Below are positions 19,086 through 28,414 of a DNA stretch of 64,000 nucleotides, one piece after another. A program made the translations under genes and the position numbers. This stretch comes from a virus. Position 1 is the first letter of the stretch; every line of letters starts with the position of its first letter. The stretch covers positions 5,062 to 69,061 of IMG/VR virus record IMGVR_UViG_3300036772_000271. One strand, given 5' to 3'. The notes under the pieces are model-generated. The model was given only the letters and a program-made list of their open reading frames with translations. It did not search any database and was not told the origin of the DNA.

Positions 19086-19384
19086 AGCAGAGATCCCTGC
19101 GCCGACTCGGACCTCGTCGCCGGCCGCGGCTCGCCGCGCGTCGGACACGTCACGAAATGCGACACGTGCGTGCCCGACCCACCAAGATCGCCGTCAGGGT
19201 GCGCGTCCCGGAACGCGATCGCCGCGGCACGATTGCGGAACGCGTGCGCACGCCCGTGCCCGTCGACGAGGATGTTCCCGATCTCGTCGTTCGGCTCCGG
19301 GTCAAGCGGCATCCGGGCGCCCGTCGCTGCGGCTTTCGACCACACGATCTGCGCCTTGCACGACCGGCACTGGCCGTACACCAT
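19082..19384 (-). CDS. Hypothetical zinc-binding phage protein
   Basis: CRSC..IVW..MPLDPEP..GN..SHFVTCP. Confidence 0.65.
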   Translation of the reverse strand: MVYGQCRSCKAQIVWSKAAATGARMPLDPEPNDEIGNILVDGHGRAHAFRNRAAAIAFRDAHPDGDLGGSGTHVSHFVTCPTRGEPRPATRSESAQGSLL

Positions 19385-19953
19385 CAGCCGGCCTCACGCG
19401 CGGCACTGACCGCCTTGAAGTCGTCCTCGCTACCGCCGCGGTCAGGGTGCGTCGCGGCCAGCGCGCGCCGTGCGTCGCCGTGCTCCCGGATGATTCGCCG
19501 GCCGCGCTCGACGATGGCATCCTGCGGACTCGGGAGGCCCTTCCAGCCGGCGTATTGCTCGCCACGCTTCGTGACGCCGTACCGGTCGACCTTCCGTAGC
19601 GCCTGGAGCGCCAGCGCGATCGCGCGCACGTTCGCCTGCCACGACCGGAACGTCGAGCACGGGTACCGCAGATCGCCGTGCGGCGTGCCGACGAGCGTCA
19701 GGATCACGCCCGGCTGGCCGGCGCGCGCCGTCGCCCTGGGCATCCCGTCCATCCGTAGGTCCTGCTCCCGGATGTCGATCTCAAGGATCGTGTCGCTGGG
19801 CCGCAGATGCCGGACCTCGTCGACGAGGAGACCGACCGTGTCCGACCAGCTCGCGCGGAATGGCGACCCGGACCAGCCCTCGAACGTCGGCGCCGGCAGA
19901 TTCATCGACAGCGGCCGGAATGTCACGACCCCAGCGAGCTCCCCGTAGCTCAT
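19384..19953 (-). CDS. DnaJ-like (HPD) domain phage protein
   Basis: NVRAIALALQALRKVDRYGV...QYAGWKGLP; C-terminal HPDRGGS. Confidence 0.75.
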   Translation of the reverse strand: MSYGELAGVVTFRPLSMNLPAPTFEGWSGSPFRASWSDTVGLLVDEVRHLRPSDTILEIDIREQDLRMDGMPRATARAGQPGVILTLVGTPHGDLRYPCSTFRSWQANVRAIALALQALRKVDRYGVTKRGEQYAGWKGLPSPQDAIVERGRRIIREHGDARRALAATHPDRGGSEDDFKAVSAAREAG

Positions 19954-20357
19954 CCCTGTGCCGCCGCGATCGCGGCTTCGCCCCGCGCGCGCTCCTCGTC
20001 CGTCAGGCCGCCGTTGCACAGGCGGTCGGCGTCGTCGAGGATCCCGCCGGCCTGCGCCCACAGCTCGTCCGCAACGTCGTCCTGGCCAGCGCGCTGCGCG
20101 ATCATCGCCCGCGCGCAGAGTTCGCCGGCGGCGCGCCGAATCTCGTTCATCCGGTTGCTGCGCCGCACCAGGTCGACGGCGACGATATGCGAGCAGCCGC
20201 CATGCGCGGGGCACGTGCACGACGTCTCGCCGCCGGCCAGGACGACGGTGTACGTGCCGTGGTCTCCCTCGACCTCGAACACCTCGACGGGCGAGAGACG
20301 GCGGACCTTGCCGGTGTCGGCGAGACGGACGGCCTTGGCTTGCGTTGATGCGGTCAC
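19950..20357 (-). CDS. SWIM zinc-finger protein
   Basis: TYTV...SCTCPAHGGCSHIVAV; AAGGAG RBS before GTG. Confidence 0.75.
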   Translation of the reverse strand: MTASTQAKAVRLADTGKVRRLSPVEVFEVEGDHGTYTVVLAGGETSCTCPAHGGCSHIVAVDLVRRSNRMNEIRRAAGELCARAMIAQRAGQDDVADELWAQAGGILDDADRLCNGGLTDEERARGEAAIAAAQG

Positions 20358-20399
20358 AGCGGGGCTCCTTGAACGGGAGAGAACGGGTTGCCCCACTAA

Positions 20400-20449
20400 G
20401 ATACCAAAGGTAACGCAAGAATGCGAGGGGCAGAGCGACCGCTGATAAC
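20400..20449. promoter_or_regulatory. Paired operator-like motifs
   Basis: GATACC AAA GGTAAC and GCGACC GCT GATAAC, 35 bp apart, upstream of the SWIM gene. Confidence 0.65.
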
Positions 20450-20475
20450 GCAAGCGGTCGCTCTGGCCCGGGGTG

Positions 20476-21249
20476 CTACGAGAAGCTGGTCGGGGGGATG
20501 ACCGCCGACACGTTCGGGTCGGCCGGCGCCGCGGCGCCGGTGGTCGGGTCGACGACGGGAGCCGCCGGATCGGTGGGGAGGGAGGCCGAGCTCGCCGGCA
20601 CCGTCGGGCCGGCGTAGGCGTGCCACACGCCGCCGAGGCCGTCGCCGGTCGCCGGGCCGCCCGCGGTGTCGCCGGCGAACGTGAACAGCGGCTTTCCGTC
20701 GGGGGTCGCGAGGTCCGTCTTCGTCCAGGGCGAATCGGCCGTCGCCGGATCGCCGTCGAACGTGTACAACGGAAGCGCCTGGTCGACGGGCGGCGCGGCC
20801 GGCTGATCCGGAGACGGAGGCGGCGCGTCGACGGTGGGCGTCGGCGGCGCGTCGACGGGCGGCGGCGCGTCGGCCGGGGGCGATGCGGGCGATTGCTCGA
20901 CCGGCGCCGGCGCGTCGACACCCGTCACCGTCTGCCCGATCGACTCGAGCTTCGCCGTCAGCGGCGACAGATCGACCGGCGAGCCGTCCACGGTGACGAG
21001 CCCGGCAGCCTGCAAGCCGGCGACCAGCTTGTGCGCCGCGTCGAGGTCGGTCGTCACGCGCGTCTTCATGTCGGCGACGTCGGCCGCCACCTCGTCCAGC
21101 TTCGCGTTCAGGTCGTCGAGTTGCGTCATCAGGGCCTCCGAGAGAAGTAGTTGCGCCCACAGAAGGTCGCGGGCGGTTGGCTGGTCGCCGTCCAAGGAGG
21201 CGTCGTGGAACCGGCGTACCTCCGCGGCAAGGTCGTAATGGCGACTCAT
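20476..21249 (-). CDS. Coiled-coil, Pro/Ala-rich hypothetical protein
   Basis: N-terminal coiled coil, PVDAPP repeats, duplicated PLY/FTF.GD module. Confidence 0.6.
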   Translation of the reverse strand: MSRHYDLAAEVRRFHDASLDGDQPTARDLLWAQLLLSEALMTQLDDLNAKLDEVAADVADMKTRVTTDLDAAHKLVAGLQAAGLVTVDGSPVDLSPLTAKLESIGQTVTGVDAPAPVEQSPASPPADAPPPVDAPPTPTVDAPPPSPDQPAAPPVDQALPLYTFDGDPATADSPWTKTDLATPDGKPLFTFAGDTAGGPATGDGLGGVWHAYAGPTVPASSASLPTDPAAPVVDPTTGAAAPADPNVSAVIPPTSFS

Positions 21250-21418
21250 CCCCATCGATGCTACCGCTACCAAAGGTCGCGGAAGCCACCACCCTGGGGA
21301 GCGGCGCGACGGCCGGCCTCGCGGTGTGCGCTGCTGCGGGGCCGGCCGTCGCTGGTGGGGGAGGGTGCCGCCCTTACCCATCCTTTCGGACCTAGGCGGC
21401 GTGGGATCTTGGCCGGGC

Positions 21419-22036
21419 TCAGCCCGAAGTTGGTTGGCTCTCTGCGAGCAGCTGCGCGCGCAGCTGGAACTCGATCGGCCCGGGCACCGTCCAGAGGCCC
21501 TGCGCGAACGGGTGCCGTCCGTTCTCGTCACGTGGGGATAGCGGCTCGACCTGGCGGACGTTCTCGAGAATCCAGGCGTAGCGGCCCGGCGAGAAGTCAC
21601 CGCAGGCCGTCTCGTGCCCATTCTCTGCCAGCCGGCGCGCGAGCGGAGGCGGACAGAACGACCGTCCTGCGCCCGGGCGGTAGACCGTAGGCAAACAGTC
21701 GACGAGCTCGGCGACGGCGATGATCTTCCCGAGCGTCAGCGAGAACGGCAGCGGGAAGACGCGCCCTTGGTCCAGCCACCCGCAGCTCAGCGGTCCGCCG
21801 GGCCCGTCGCTCGCCGCATTGCACGCTTCCCAGAGCGATCGGGTATCCCAGATCATCTCGCGCATCCCGTCGAGCGTCCCCGGGTAGCCGAGCTTCCGCA
21901 GCGGAGCGAAGCCGGCCGCCGCATGGATCGCGATCGGCCCGCGATACGACGTCGACCACGACCTCGTCTCGATCCGCTTCACGCCGCGCGCGACGAGAGA
22001 CGCATAGGGCTCGGTGAGCGTGAGCGCCTTTGTCAT
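21419..22036 (-). CDS. ASCH domain protein
   Basis: KALTLTEPYASLVARGVKRIETRSWSTSYRGPIAIHA...GDFSPGRYAW...QGLW. Confidence 0.85.
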   Translation of the reverse strand: MTKALTLTEPYASLVARGVKRIETRSWSTSYRGPIAIHAAAGFAPLRKLGYPGTLDGMREMIWDTRSLWEACNAASDGPGGPLSCGWLDQGRVFPLPFSLTLGKIIAVAELVDCLPTVYRPGAGRSFCPPPLARRLAENGHETACGDFSPGRYAWILENVRQVEPLSPRDENGRHPFAQGLWTVPGPIEFQLRAQLLAESQPTSG

Positions 22037-22893
22037 CCCTCAGTCCCTCCCAGGGCCCGGACGGCCAGCTCGTACGGCGTGAAGTGGCCGAGCAGCGGCG
22101 CCCCATAGGCCAACGGGTCACCAGCCCAGTTGTCCGGGTCGGCGAGGTAGCGGAGCGCCGTTCTGCCTCTCCGTGCCTCCTGTAGCTGGGAGGCCAACTG
22201 GTCCCGCTCGGCAACCTTCGCAGCGACGATCGTCTCCAAGCGCTCAATATGGGTCGCGTCCTCGCTGGCGCTCGCCAGTGCTTGGTCGCGCTGGACCTCC
22301 GCGTGCTCGGCTCGACGGACCCATCCGTTCGCGATCCCCGTGCCCTCGCAGTGACGGCAGTCGTACGGGCCGGCGTCGCTCATCATCTCGCCGTCGCCGT
22401 CGCAGCCTGCGCAGCGCAGTTCCCTCCAGAGGCGCGCCATCCCTTGCTCGCGCTCTTCGGCTCGGTCCGCTCGCTCTAGGGCTGCTTGGAGTTGAGCGGC
22501 CGGGACAACCTGAACCTCGTCGACTCCCGCGTGCTCGGTCGCCTGCGGGAACATCGGGTGCGAGTAGGTCACGCAGCCGTCGTGCTGCCGGCCGTGGTGA
22601 CTGCCGCATTGCCGGCAGATTCGGATCGTCCACGGCCCTGTCGCTTCGATCGGTGTAGAAGGGCTCTCGACCGGCTCTTGCGTCATCTGCTTGACGGCCG
22701 CATCGGCGACCGCCGACAGCGCAGCCATCGCCTCCTCGCTCAGCTGGGCGTTCCCCGAGACGCGAAGCGACGTGCCGTCTGGCCGCTCGATGAACGTCGT
22801 CACGCGCTGGCCGGTGCCGCTGCACTCCGAGCAGCCGCCGCCGTTGCAGCACGGACAGACGGTCGCGAACTCGCTGGAGTCGCAGTCAGACAT
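22033..22893 (-). CDS. Hypothetical protein with CxxCxGxG zinc fingers
   Basis: CSECSGTG, CAGCDGDG, CRHCEGTG; coiled coils. Confidence 0.6.
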   Translation of the reverse strand: MSDCDSSEFATVCPCCNGGGCSECSGTGQRVTTFIERPDGTSLRVSGNAQLSEEAMAALSAVADAAVKQMTQEPVESPSTPIEATGPWTIRICRQCGSHHGRQHDGCVTYSHPMFPQATEHAGVDEVQVVPAAQLQAALERADRAEEREQGMARLWRELRCAGCDGDGEMMSDAGPYDCRHCEGTGIANGWVRRAEHAEVQRDQALASASEDATHIERLETIVAAKVAERDQLASQLQEARRGRTALRYLADPDNWAGDPLAYGAPLLGHFTPYELAVRALGGTEG

Positions 22894-23158
22894 CGGACGC
22901 TCTCTCTACGGGCTCACCTCTTGCGGCCAGGAGGGCTCGCGTGTTGGCCAGGATCTCGGGCCCGCGCCCCAGCACCTCCACGTCCTCCCATTGCCGCAAG
23001 GGGTGCGCCGCCGTCCACGTGACCACGCTCTCCCAACAGAACTCCTCGGAACCGCACGCGATGAGCTGCAACGACGGCTCGTGGCCGCGCAGCTCCTCGT
23101 CGGGATGTTCGCGGGCCGGGTCGCCGGAGAAGGTGATGACCGCATAGTGGGTGTTCAT
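22886..23158 (-). CDS. Hypothetical protein
   Basis: 90-aa coupled ORF. Confidence 0.55.
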   Translation of the reverse strand: MNTHYAVITFSGDPAREHPDEELRGHEPSLQLIACGSEEFCWESVVTWTAAHPLRQWEDVEVLGRGPEILANTRALLAARGEPVERASDV

Positions 23159-23604
23159 CAGAACGGGATGTCGTCGTCGCCGACGCCCTGGCCCGGCCGG
23201 CCAGCGCTGCCATACCCACGCACCGGCTGCACGGCCGCCGCCGGCTGCCGGCCCCCGGACGTCTGCCGCTCACCGCGCGGCACCGGCACGATCGACTCAG
23301 CCACGATGTCGACCGCCTGCCGCTTCACGCCGTCCTTCTCCCACTCCCGCCACTGCAACCGGCCCTGCACCGCGATGCCGTCACCCTTCGACAGGTTGCC
23401 GGCGACCCACTCGCCGATGCCGGACCAGACCGTCACGTCGAAGTACATCGCCCGGTCCGACCACTCGCCGGTACCGTCCTTCACGCGCTCGTTGACAGCG
23501 ACACGCAACTTGCACAACGCGGTCCCGGACGGCAGATGCCGCAACTCGGGGTCCGCCGTCAAGTTGCCACTCAGGCAGACGGTGTTCATGGTGAAGCCGG
23601 GCAT
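23158..23604 (-). CDS. ssb: Single-stranded DNA-binding protein
   Basis: NTVCLSGNLTADPELR...C-terminal DDDIPF. Confidence 0.95.
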   Translation of the reverse strand: MPGFTMNTVCLSGNLTADPELRHLPSGTALCKLRVAVNERVKDGTGEWSDRAMYFDVTVWSGIGEWVAGNLSKGDGIAVQGRLQWREWEKDGVKRQAVDIVAESIVPVPRGERQTSGGRQPAAAVQPVRGYGSAGRPGQGVGDDDIPF

Positions 23605-23632
23605 CGGAGCCCTCCCGCGGTCGTAGGGTTGC

Positions 23633-23647
23633 GCTACCTACGGTAAC
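23633..23647. promoter_or_regulatory. Operator-like motif / ssb promoter
   Basis: GCTACC TAC GGTAAC; minus strand TACCGT. Confidence 0.7.
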
Positions 23648-23671
23648 AGAAGCGGGGGGCGCGTGCGAGCG

Positions 23672-24043
23672 TCAGAACACGGACGCTGCGGGGTACGCCC
23701 GCGAGCAGCTGAACCCGGTCGCCGCGACCTGGCCGCGGAGCGCTGGCCAGCGCAAAGTTGGCGTGCCCGCCAGGGCGTGCGTATCAAGGCTCGCCGCGAT
23801 GTCGAGATCAGACTCAAGGATCCCCGTCGCCTCGGCGTGCCTGAACGACTGCGGCGCCGTGACGTCCGCGGTGTAGATCACGAAGTCGCGGTTCAGCTCG
23901 TCGACGGTCTTCCTCGCACCGCGAAAACATCCGCTGCGCTGGCTCGCGACGAGCTGCTTGCGACCCTCGTACGACGTCTCGAACTGCGTCACGGTCAGCA
24001 CGGCGAGCGCCAGCAGAAGAATCAACGTCGTGAGCGACTTCAC
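23672..24043 (-). CDS. Membrane-anchored hypothetical protein
   Basis: N-terminal hydrophobic helix, two cysteines. Confidence 0.55.
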   Translation of the reverse strand: MKSLTTLILLLALAVLTVTQFETSYEGRKQLVASQRSGCFRGARKTVDELNRDFVIYTADVTAPQSFRHAEATGILESDLDIAASLDTHALAGTPTLRWPALRGQVAATGFSCSRAYPAASVF

Positions 24044-24480
24044 CGGTGAACCGCCGCCTTCGGCTTCACCGGCGCGTTGATCACCGCACAGTTGCGATGC
24101 GGCGCAAGATCACCAATCAGCACCGCCGCGAACGCCACACCTGCCTCGCTCACCTTCCGGGCCGCCGGCGACTCGCCTGTCTCCGTCTGCGTAACTTTCT
24201 TCCGCAGATCCCCCAACGTCTTCTGCCCGCGCTGATTCGTGTCGTTGCACGCTGCGATGCGCTGCTGCTGGATCGCTGTGACGGCCGTCTTCAACGTCTT
24301 CGCCTGCGAGGCGATCGTCCCCTGCGTTCTGGCCAACGTCGCCTGCTGCGTCTTGAGCGTCGTCTGCTGACCGGCGATCGTGCGACCCTGCTCATAGTTG
24401 CGCCACAGCCCGAACAAGACCAGGCCAAGCCCGACCAGCACGATCAGCGTGTACCGCCGGTCTGCGTGGCGGCGCGTCAC
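24040..24480 (-). CDS. Membrane-anchored coiled-coil protein
   Basis: TM helix then heptad Q/T-rich coil; two cysteines. Confidence 0.6.
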   Translation of the reverse strand: MTRRHADRRYTLIVLVGLGLVLFGLWRNYEQGRTIAGQQTTLKTQQATLARTQGTIASQAKTLKTAVTAIQQQRIAACNDTNQRGQKTLGDLRKKVTQTETGESPAARKVSEAGVAFAAVLIGDLAPHRNCAVINAPVKPKAAVHR

Positions 24481-24562
24481 CAGATCGCCCCGAACAGCAA
24501 ATACATCAACATCCCGGCCAAGAGCCAGACAGCCAGCAGCGCCATGTCGCGGGCCGTCGCTC

Positions 24563-24889
24563 TCACCACTCCTCCGGTGCGCGGCGACGCCGCGGCGCGT
24601 CGCGACGGCGCGACGACTGCGCCCGATAGTCCCGCTCGAGGTCCTCGTCCTCCCGGTCGTCCTCGTCCTCCTGGTTGCGGCGCCGCGACTGCTGCTTGCG
24701 GGCCTGCAACAGGCCGTACCCCACCAGCAGGTCTCCCCCCGCGGTCTGCACGAGCGTTCCCCGATCGCCCCCAAGGATCGGTCCAGCACCAATCAAGATC
24801 GCAGCCAGCGAACAGACCACGACGAGCGACATCTCGTCGATCTTTCGGCTCAGGCGAGACCGACCTCGTGATTTGGACCGCGACCCCAT
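24563..24889 (-). CDS. Small membrane protein with charged tail (holin-like topology)
   Basis: Two hydrophobic segments then a strongly charged C-terminus; start uncertain. Confidence 0.4.
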   Translation of the reverse strand: MGSRSKSRGRSRLSRKIDEMSLVVVCSLAAILIGAGPILGGDRGTLVQTAGGDLLVGYGLLQARKQQSRRRNQEDEDDREDEDLERDYRAQSSRRRDAPRRRRAPEEW

Positions 24890-25011
24890 TCATCGGGGAC
24901 GGGCCAGGCGGACGACACGCAGATGGGCGCCACGGAACACCCCCCAAGCGTACGACCGCCCCGCCGCCACACGTCCATGCTCGTGTGCGACCAACGGTCG
25001 CACACCGCGAG

Positions 25012-25263
25012 CTACTGGCTCTTGGCCTGCCCCGCCGGGGCGCGCTGCCGGCCAATCTCCTCCGCGAAACGCTCGACATCCGACTTCACCCAGACCGGGC
25101 CGGCATCGATCCGCTTCGGCGGAATCATGTACGTCCGGCCCGTGTCCGGATCAGGCCGCAGCCACCGATTCAGCGTCATCTTCTGAATCCCGAGGATCTC
25201 AGCAGCCTCCTTCGCGCCGACGAGATCGGGCAGCCGCGATGTCCGCCACGGCCGTCTAGGCAT
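25012..25263 (-). CDS. Small HTH DNA-binding protein (AlpA/Xis/BldC-like)
   Basis: PDLVGAKEAAEILGIQKMTLNRW...GPVWVKSDVERFA. Confidence 0.75.
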   Translation of the reverse strand: MPRRPWRTSRLPDLVGAKEAAEILGIQKMTLNRWLRPDPDTGRTYMIPPKRIDAGPVWVKSDVERFAEEIGRQRAPAGQAKSQ

Positions 25264-25374
25264 ACGAACACACTGAGAACGCGAAAGCCATACCGGTGCG
25301 CATGTTACCGAAGGTCGCACGGCCGCGGGAACACCTTGACTGCGGACATACCGGCTCGCCGCCGGCGCCCCGCA

Positions 25375-25821
25375 TCAGACCGCCAGCGCCAGCGGAAGCG
25401 CCGAGCAGTCCCGCGGATCGATCGGCGTCCACGGCCGTCCCTGCCGACGCGGCACCCTCGCCGCGTCGAGCTTGAAGTACGCCGTCTTGCGCTCCGCCGG
25501 CCGAAGCGCAACGACGGCCCACCCGCCGTGCGTCTCCGCGATCTCAAGCAGCGCGTTCCACTCCGCGGAGCCGATGTCGCCGCGCCGCTTGCACTGGATG
25601 AACAGCACCGGCCGGTCCTTGCCGACGGCGACCAGGTCGACTTTCGTCTTCGACGCGTACGACCGCATCACCCAGAACCCGCGGCGCTCGAGCTGGCCGC
25701 GGACGGATACCTCGAACGCCCGGCCGAGTTTGTACGGGCTCGCGCCACCCTTGCTGAGACCCTCGGTCGGCGCGGGGCTCGGGCCCGGCCGGAACCGCCG
25801 CTGCGCCGGCGTGAGCGCCAT
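25375..25821 (-). CDS. Holliday junction resolvase (Hjc-like PD-(D/E)xK)
   Basis: GRAFE...L...GFWVMRS..S...VDLVA...LFIQCK. Confidence 0.75.
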   Translation of the reverse strand: MALTPAQRRFRPGPSPAPTEGLSKGGASPYKLGRAFEVSVRGQLERRGFWVMRSYASKTKVDLVAVGKDRPVLFIQCKRRGDIGSAEWNALLEIAETHGGWAVVALRPAERKTAYFKLDAARVPRRQGRPWTPIDPRDCSALPLALAV

Positions 25822-26561
25822 CAGGACGCCACGCGCTCAGGCAGCGCCGCCAGGTAGTCCGGCCGCTCGAGGCCGCGCCGCGGAGGCTTCCGGCCAGCGT
25901 CCTCCTGCCGCGCCGTATCGAGCCGCCTCAGCGACGCCGGCCCCTCGACATGCGCGATCGCCCGCGACAGCACCGCACGCTGCGAGAACTGCTCCCACTT
26001 CATCCGCATCTGCGCCTCGAGCGTCGTCGCTTCACCGGCCGCGATCGTGTCGACCTCGCCCCACGTCGCGTACCCAGCCGTCACGAACTCCCGCACCAGC
26101 GGATGCAGACCACTCTCGCGCCGCCTGTCGGCGATCATCGCCGGCCGGCAGCTGCACGGCGCGTTCGACCGCTTGTGCGGCGACGCGGAGTCGGAGAACA
26201 CGAACCCCGAGCCGTCGCACCGGCCGTCCGGACACGTCCACTCGCGCCGCTCACCGACAGCGGCCTGCATCGCAACTCGGCGCGCAACTAGTTGCCGCTT
26301 CACGTCACCCCAGTCCGGCGCGTCGACCTGCAACCGGGCGACCTCAAGCAACACCATCGGCGCGGTCGGCGCGAACTCCCGGCCCGAGCGGGCGAGGACC
26401 TCGACTGCCGTCAGCGCTTCGGCCGGGTCGACCTGGCAAATGTCGTGCGCGTACCGCCGGCGATCGTCGTCGTCGAGCCGCGCGTTCTTCCAGATCTCCT
26501 CGACCCTGGCGACGACCTCGAGGGCGCCGGCCAGCTTGGTGCGCTCAGCCATCGGGATCAT
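25821..26561 (-). CDS. Putative helicase loader / replication-associated protein
   Basis: Directly follows the initiator; helical N-domain with F.PT motif and C-terminal CDGSG..CSCR zinc finger. Confidence 0.5.
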   Translation of the reverse strand: MIPMAERTKLAGALEVVARVEEIWKNARLDDDDRRRYAHDICQVDPAEALTAVEVLARSGREFAPTAPMVLLEVARLQVDAPDWGDVKRQLVARRVAMQAAVGERREWTCPDGRCDGSGFVFSDSASPHKRSNAPCSCRPAMIADRRRESGLHPLVREFVTAGYATWGEVDTIAAGEATTLEAQMRMKWEQFSQRAVLSRAIAHVEGPASLRRLDTARQEDAGRKPPRRGLERPDYLAALPERVAS

Positions 26562-27409
26562 CCGATCTCGCCGTTGCGGAGCGCGGCTGCCATCGCTCTC
26601 AGTCGTGCTGGCCCATCGTTGCTGTCGCGCCGTCCCATTGTGCGACCAACGGTAGCGGAGCGACCGGCGGAATTGAGCGGCACGCCGCTGTCGTCGAGTT
26701 GCTCGATCGCCGCGAGGTCCCGAGTGCGGGCCAAGAACGTCCGATAGGTCCTGGCGACGTCAACGATTGGGCGGGGAGGATCTACCGCCCACGCCGCGAG
26801 CTCGTGCGCCGTGGCGACGAGGGGCGCTCGAGGGTGCGCCATGATCGCCAAGCCAACCTCTCGCGGCCACACGACTTTCGCTTTCGGGTGTTGCTCGGCG
26901 ACGTCCCGCAGGATCCTCAAGATGTGCCGGGCGTGCGGCCGCAGCTCGTCGGGGAAGCCAGCTGGCGGCTGATCTCGCGCGCTCTCGCGCGCTCTCTGTT
27001 CCTGCTTGGAAGCGTGGTCGTTCTCTAGTGGTCGTTCTTGCGACGCACCTGGCGACAGGGGGGTAGTGTCGTTTCGTGCATCCCCCCCCGGCAGATCGTG
27101 CACTGGGGTGCCGTCGGGCCACTCGGTGATTTCTGGGGCGCACAGCAGAAACTCGTCGCCGCGGCGCCCGCCGTCGCGGCGGAACTGCGGCCGGCGCGCG
27201 ATGAGGCCCATCTCCTCAAGTGCCTTCAGGTGGCCGCTGATCGCGCGCTTACCCATCTCGGTCGCTTGCACGAGCGTCGCGAGTTTCGCTTCGCACCGCC
27301 CGGTGTTCGTGTCGGCCATCACGGCCAGCGCGCCGAGAACGGCCTTGCGGCCGTAGTTGCCGGTAGTGACGCCGAACGCCCACCGCTGAAAATGCCAGGG
27401 ATCCTGCAT
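26558..27409 (-). CDS. Phage replication initiator (N-terminal winged HTH)
   Basis: KAVLGALA..AD...C..LATL...TEMGKRAI..HL..LEEMGLIAR; AAGGAGAGG RBS before ATG 27409; internal direct repeats. Confidence 0.7.
   Translation of the reverse strand: MQDPWHFQRWAFGVTTGNYGRKAVLGALAVMADTNTGRCEAKLATLVQATEMGKRAISGHLKALEEMGLIARRPQFRRDGGRRGDEFLLCAPEITEWPDGTPVHDLPGGDARNDTTPLSPGASQERPLENDHASKQEQRARESARDQPPAGFPDELRPHARHILRILRDVAEQHPKAKVVWPREVGLAIMAHPRAPLVATAHELAAWAVDPPRPIVDVARTYRTFLARTRDLAAIEQLDDSGVPLNSAGRSATVGRTMGRRDSNDGPARLRAMAAALRNGEIG
27014..27038. repeat. Iteron-like direct repeat GTGGTCGTTCT x2 within the initiator gene (putative origin)
   Basis: Copies at 27014-27024 and 27028-27038; TCGTGCA also repeated nearby. 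Confidence 0.45.
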
Positions 27410-27473
27410 GAACCTCTCCTTCCGTCCGAGCACCCTGAAATGATGCTCGGGCTGACAGTGGGCGGCAACTCCT

Positions 27474-27506
27474 GAAGGGCCCGCTCCTCCCGGGGGCGGG
27501 CCCTTC
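27474..27506. terminator. GC-rich stem-loop, terminator-like
   Basis: GAAGGGCCCGCTCC ... GGGGCGGGCCCTTC in an intergenic position. Confidence 0.6.
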
Positions 27507-27513
27507 CTCGTTC

Positions 27514-27960
27514 TCAGGCTGCGGCGGCGATCCCGAGTAGCCGGCGCGCGGCCTCGGACCGCGAGTCGTAGACGGTGATCGCCCTGACGTGCGGCCGGAT
27601 CGTGACCTTCGACACGTTGCCTTCCGCGTCGTATGTCGGGTCGATCTCGACCTTGCCGGCCCTGGCCGGCACGATCAGCGTCAGCTCCGGATCGGAGAAC
27701 GGAATTAGCCCGGTCTCCGCGCCGCCCTTCACCGACCGGCCCTGGAACTTGAACACGACCTCGACGGGCGTGCTGCGGGCGTACAGGTTCGCGAGCGTGA
27801 CGCGCTTGCCCTGCTCGACGACGAACAGCTGACCGTCTTCTTCTTCGCCGGTCTCCGGCTCCTTGCGGCCGGCGTCCTCTGCGTCAAGCTTCGCCTGCTC
27901 CGCTGCTGCGTCGTCGATCTCGTGACGCAGTGTCCGCACGTTGTCCTTGTCGTCTGCCAT
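27514..27960 (-). CDS. Hypothetical protein
   Basis: AGGAGG RBS, MADDKDNVRTL... Confidence 0.6.
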   Translation of the reverse strand: MADDKDNVRTLRHEIDDAAAEQAKLDAEDAGRKEPETGEEEDGQLFVVEQGKRVTLANLYARSTPVEVVFKFQGRSVKGGAETGLIPFSDPELTLIVPARAGKVEIDPTYDAEGNVSKVTIRPHVRAITVYDSRSEAARRLLGIAAAA

Positions 27961-28414
27961 CGGATTCCTCCTGCTCGTGGTTGACCTGCAAGTCGGGGTA
28001 CTCGCGCTCGATCGCACCGACCAAACCGAGCCGCTGCGCGAACGCGATCGCGGCCGCGGGCACGAGGTGCCGCGGAACGCGCTGCACGGCGTGCTCGTGC
28101 CGGGCGTGGTGGTAGCGGCACAAGCACATCGCGTTGTCGGAGTCCCACAGCGACCCCCACAGCCCGGCGCGCTTCAGGTGGCGTTGCGCCACTACGTGGT
28201 GGCCTTCACGGATCCGCAGCTGGCCGGCGAGCGCGGCGACGATGCGGTCTGGTGGCGGGAACGCGAGGCACATCACGCACGGGACGCGGCACGCGGACCG
28301 CTTCCACGCTTCCCGGGCGACCCGCTCGAGCTCCCACTCCCTGGCAGTCTTCGGGCGCTGCCGCTGCTGCTTTCGAGCCAGCGACTTGGACCGCTTCAAG
28401 CTGCTGCTCTTCAC
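27884..28414 (-). CDS. HNH endonuclease-like protein
   Basis: CVMC...GHHV...NAMCLCRYHHARH. Confidence 0.65.
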   Translation of the reverse strand: MKSSSLKRSKSLARKQQRQRPKTAREWELERVAREAWKRSACRVPCVMCLAFPPPDRIVAALAGQLRIREGHHVVAQRHLKRAGLWGSLWDSDNAMCLCRYHHARHEHAVQRVPRHLVPAAAIAFAQRLGLVGAIEREYPDLQVNHEQEESDGRRQGQRADTASRDRRRSSGAGEA

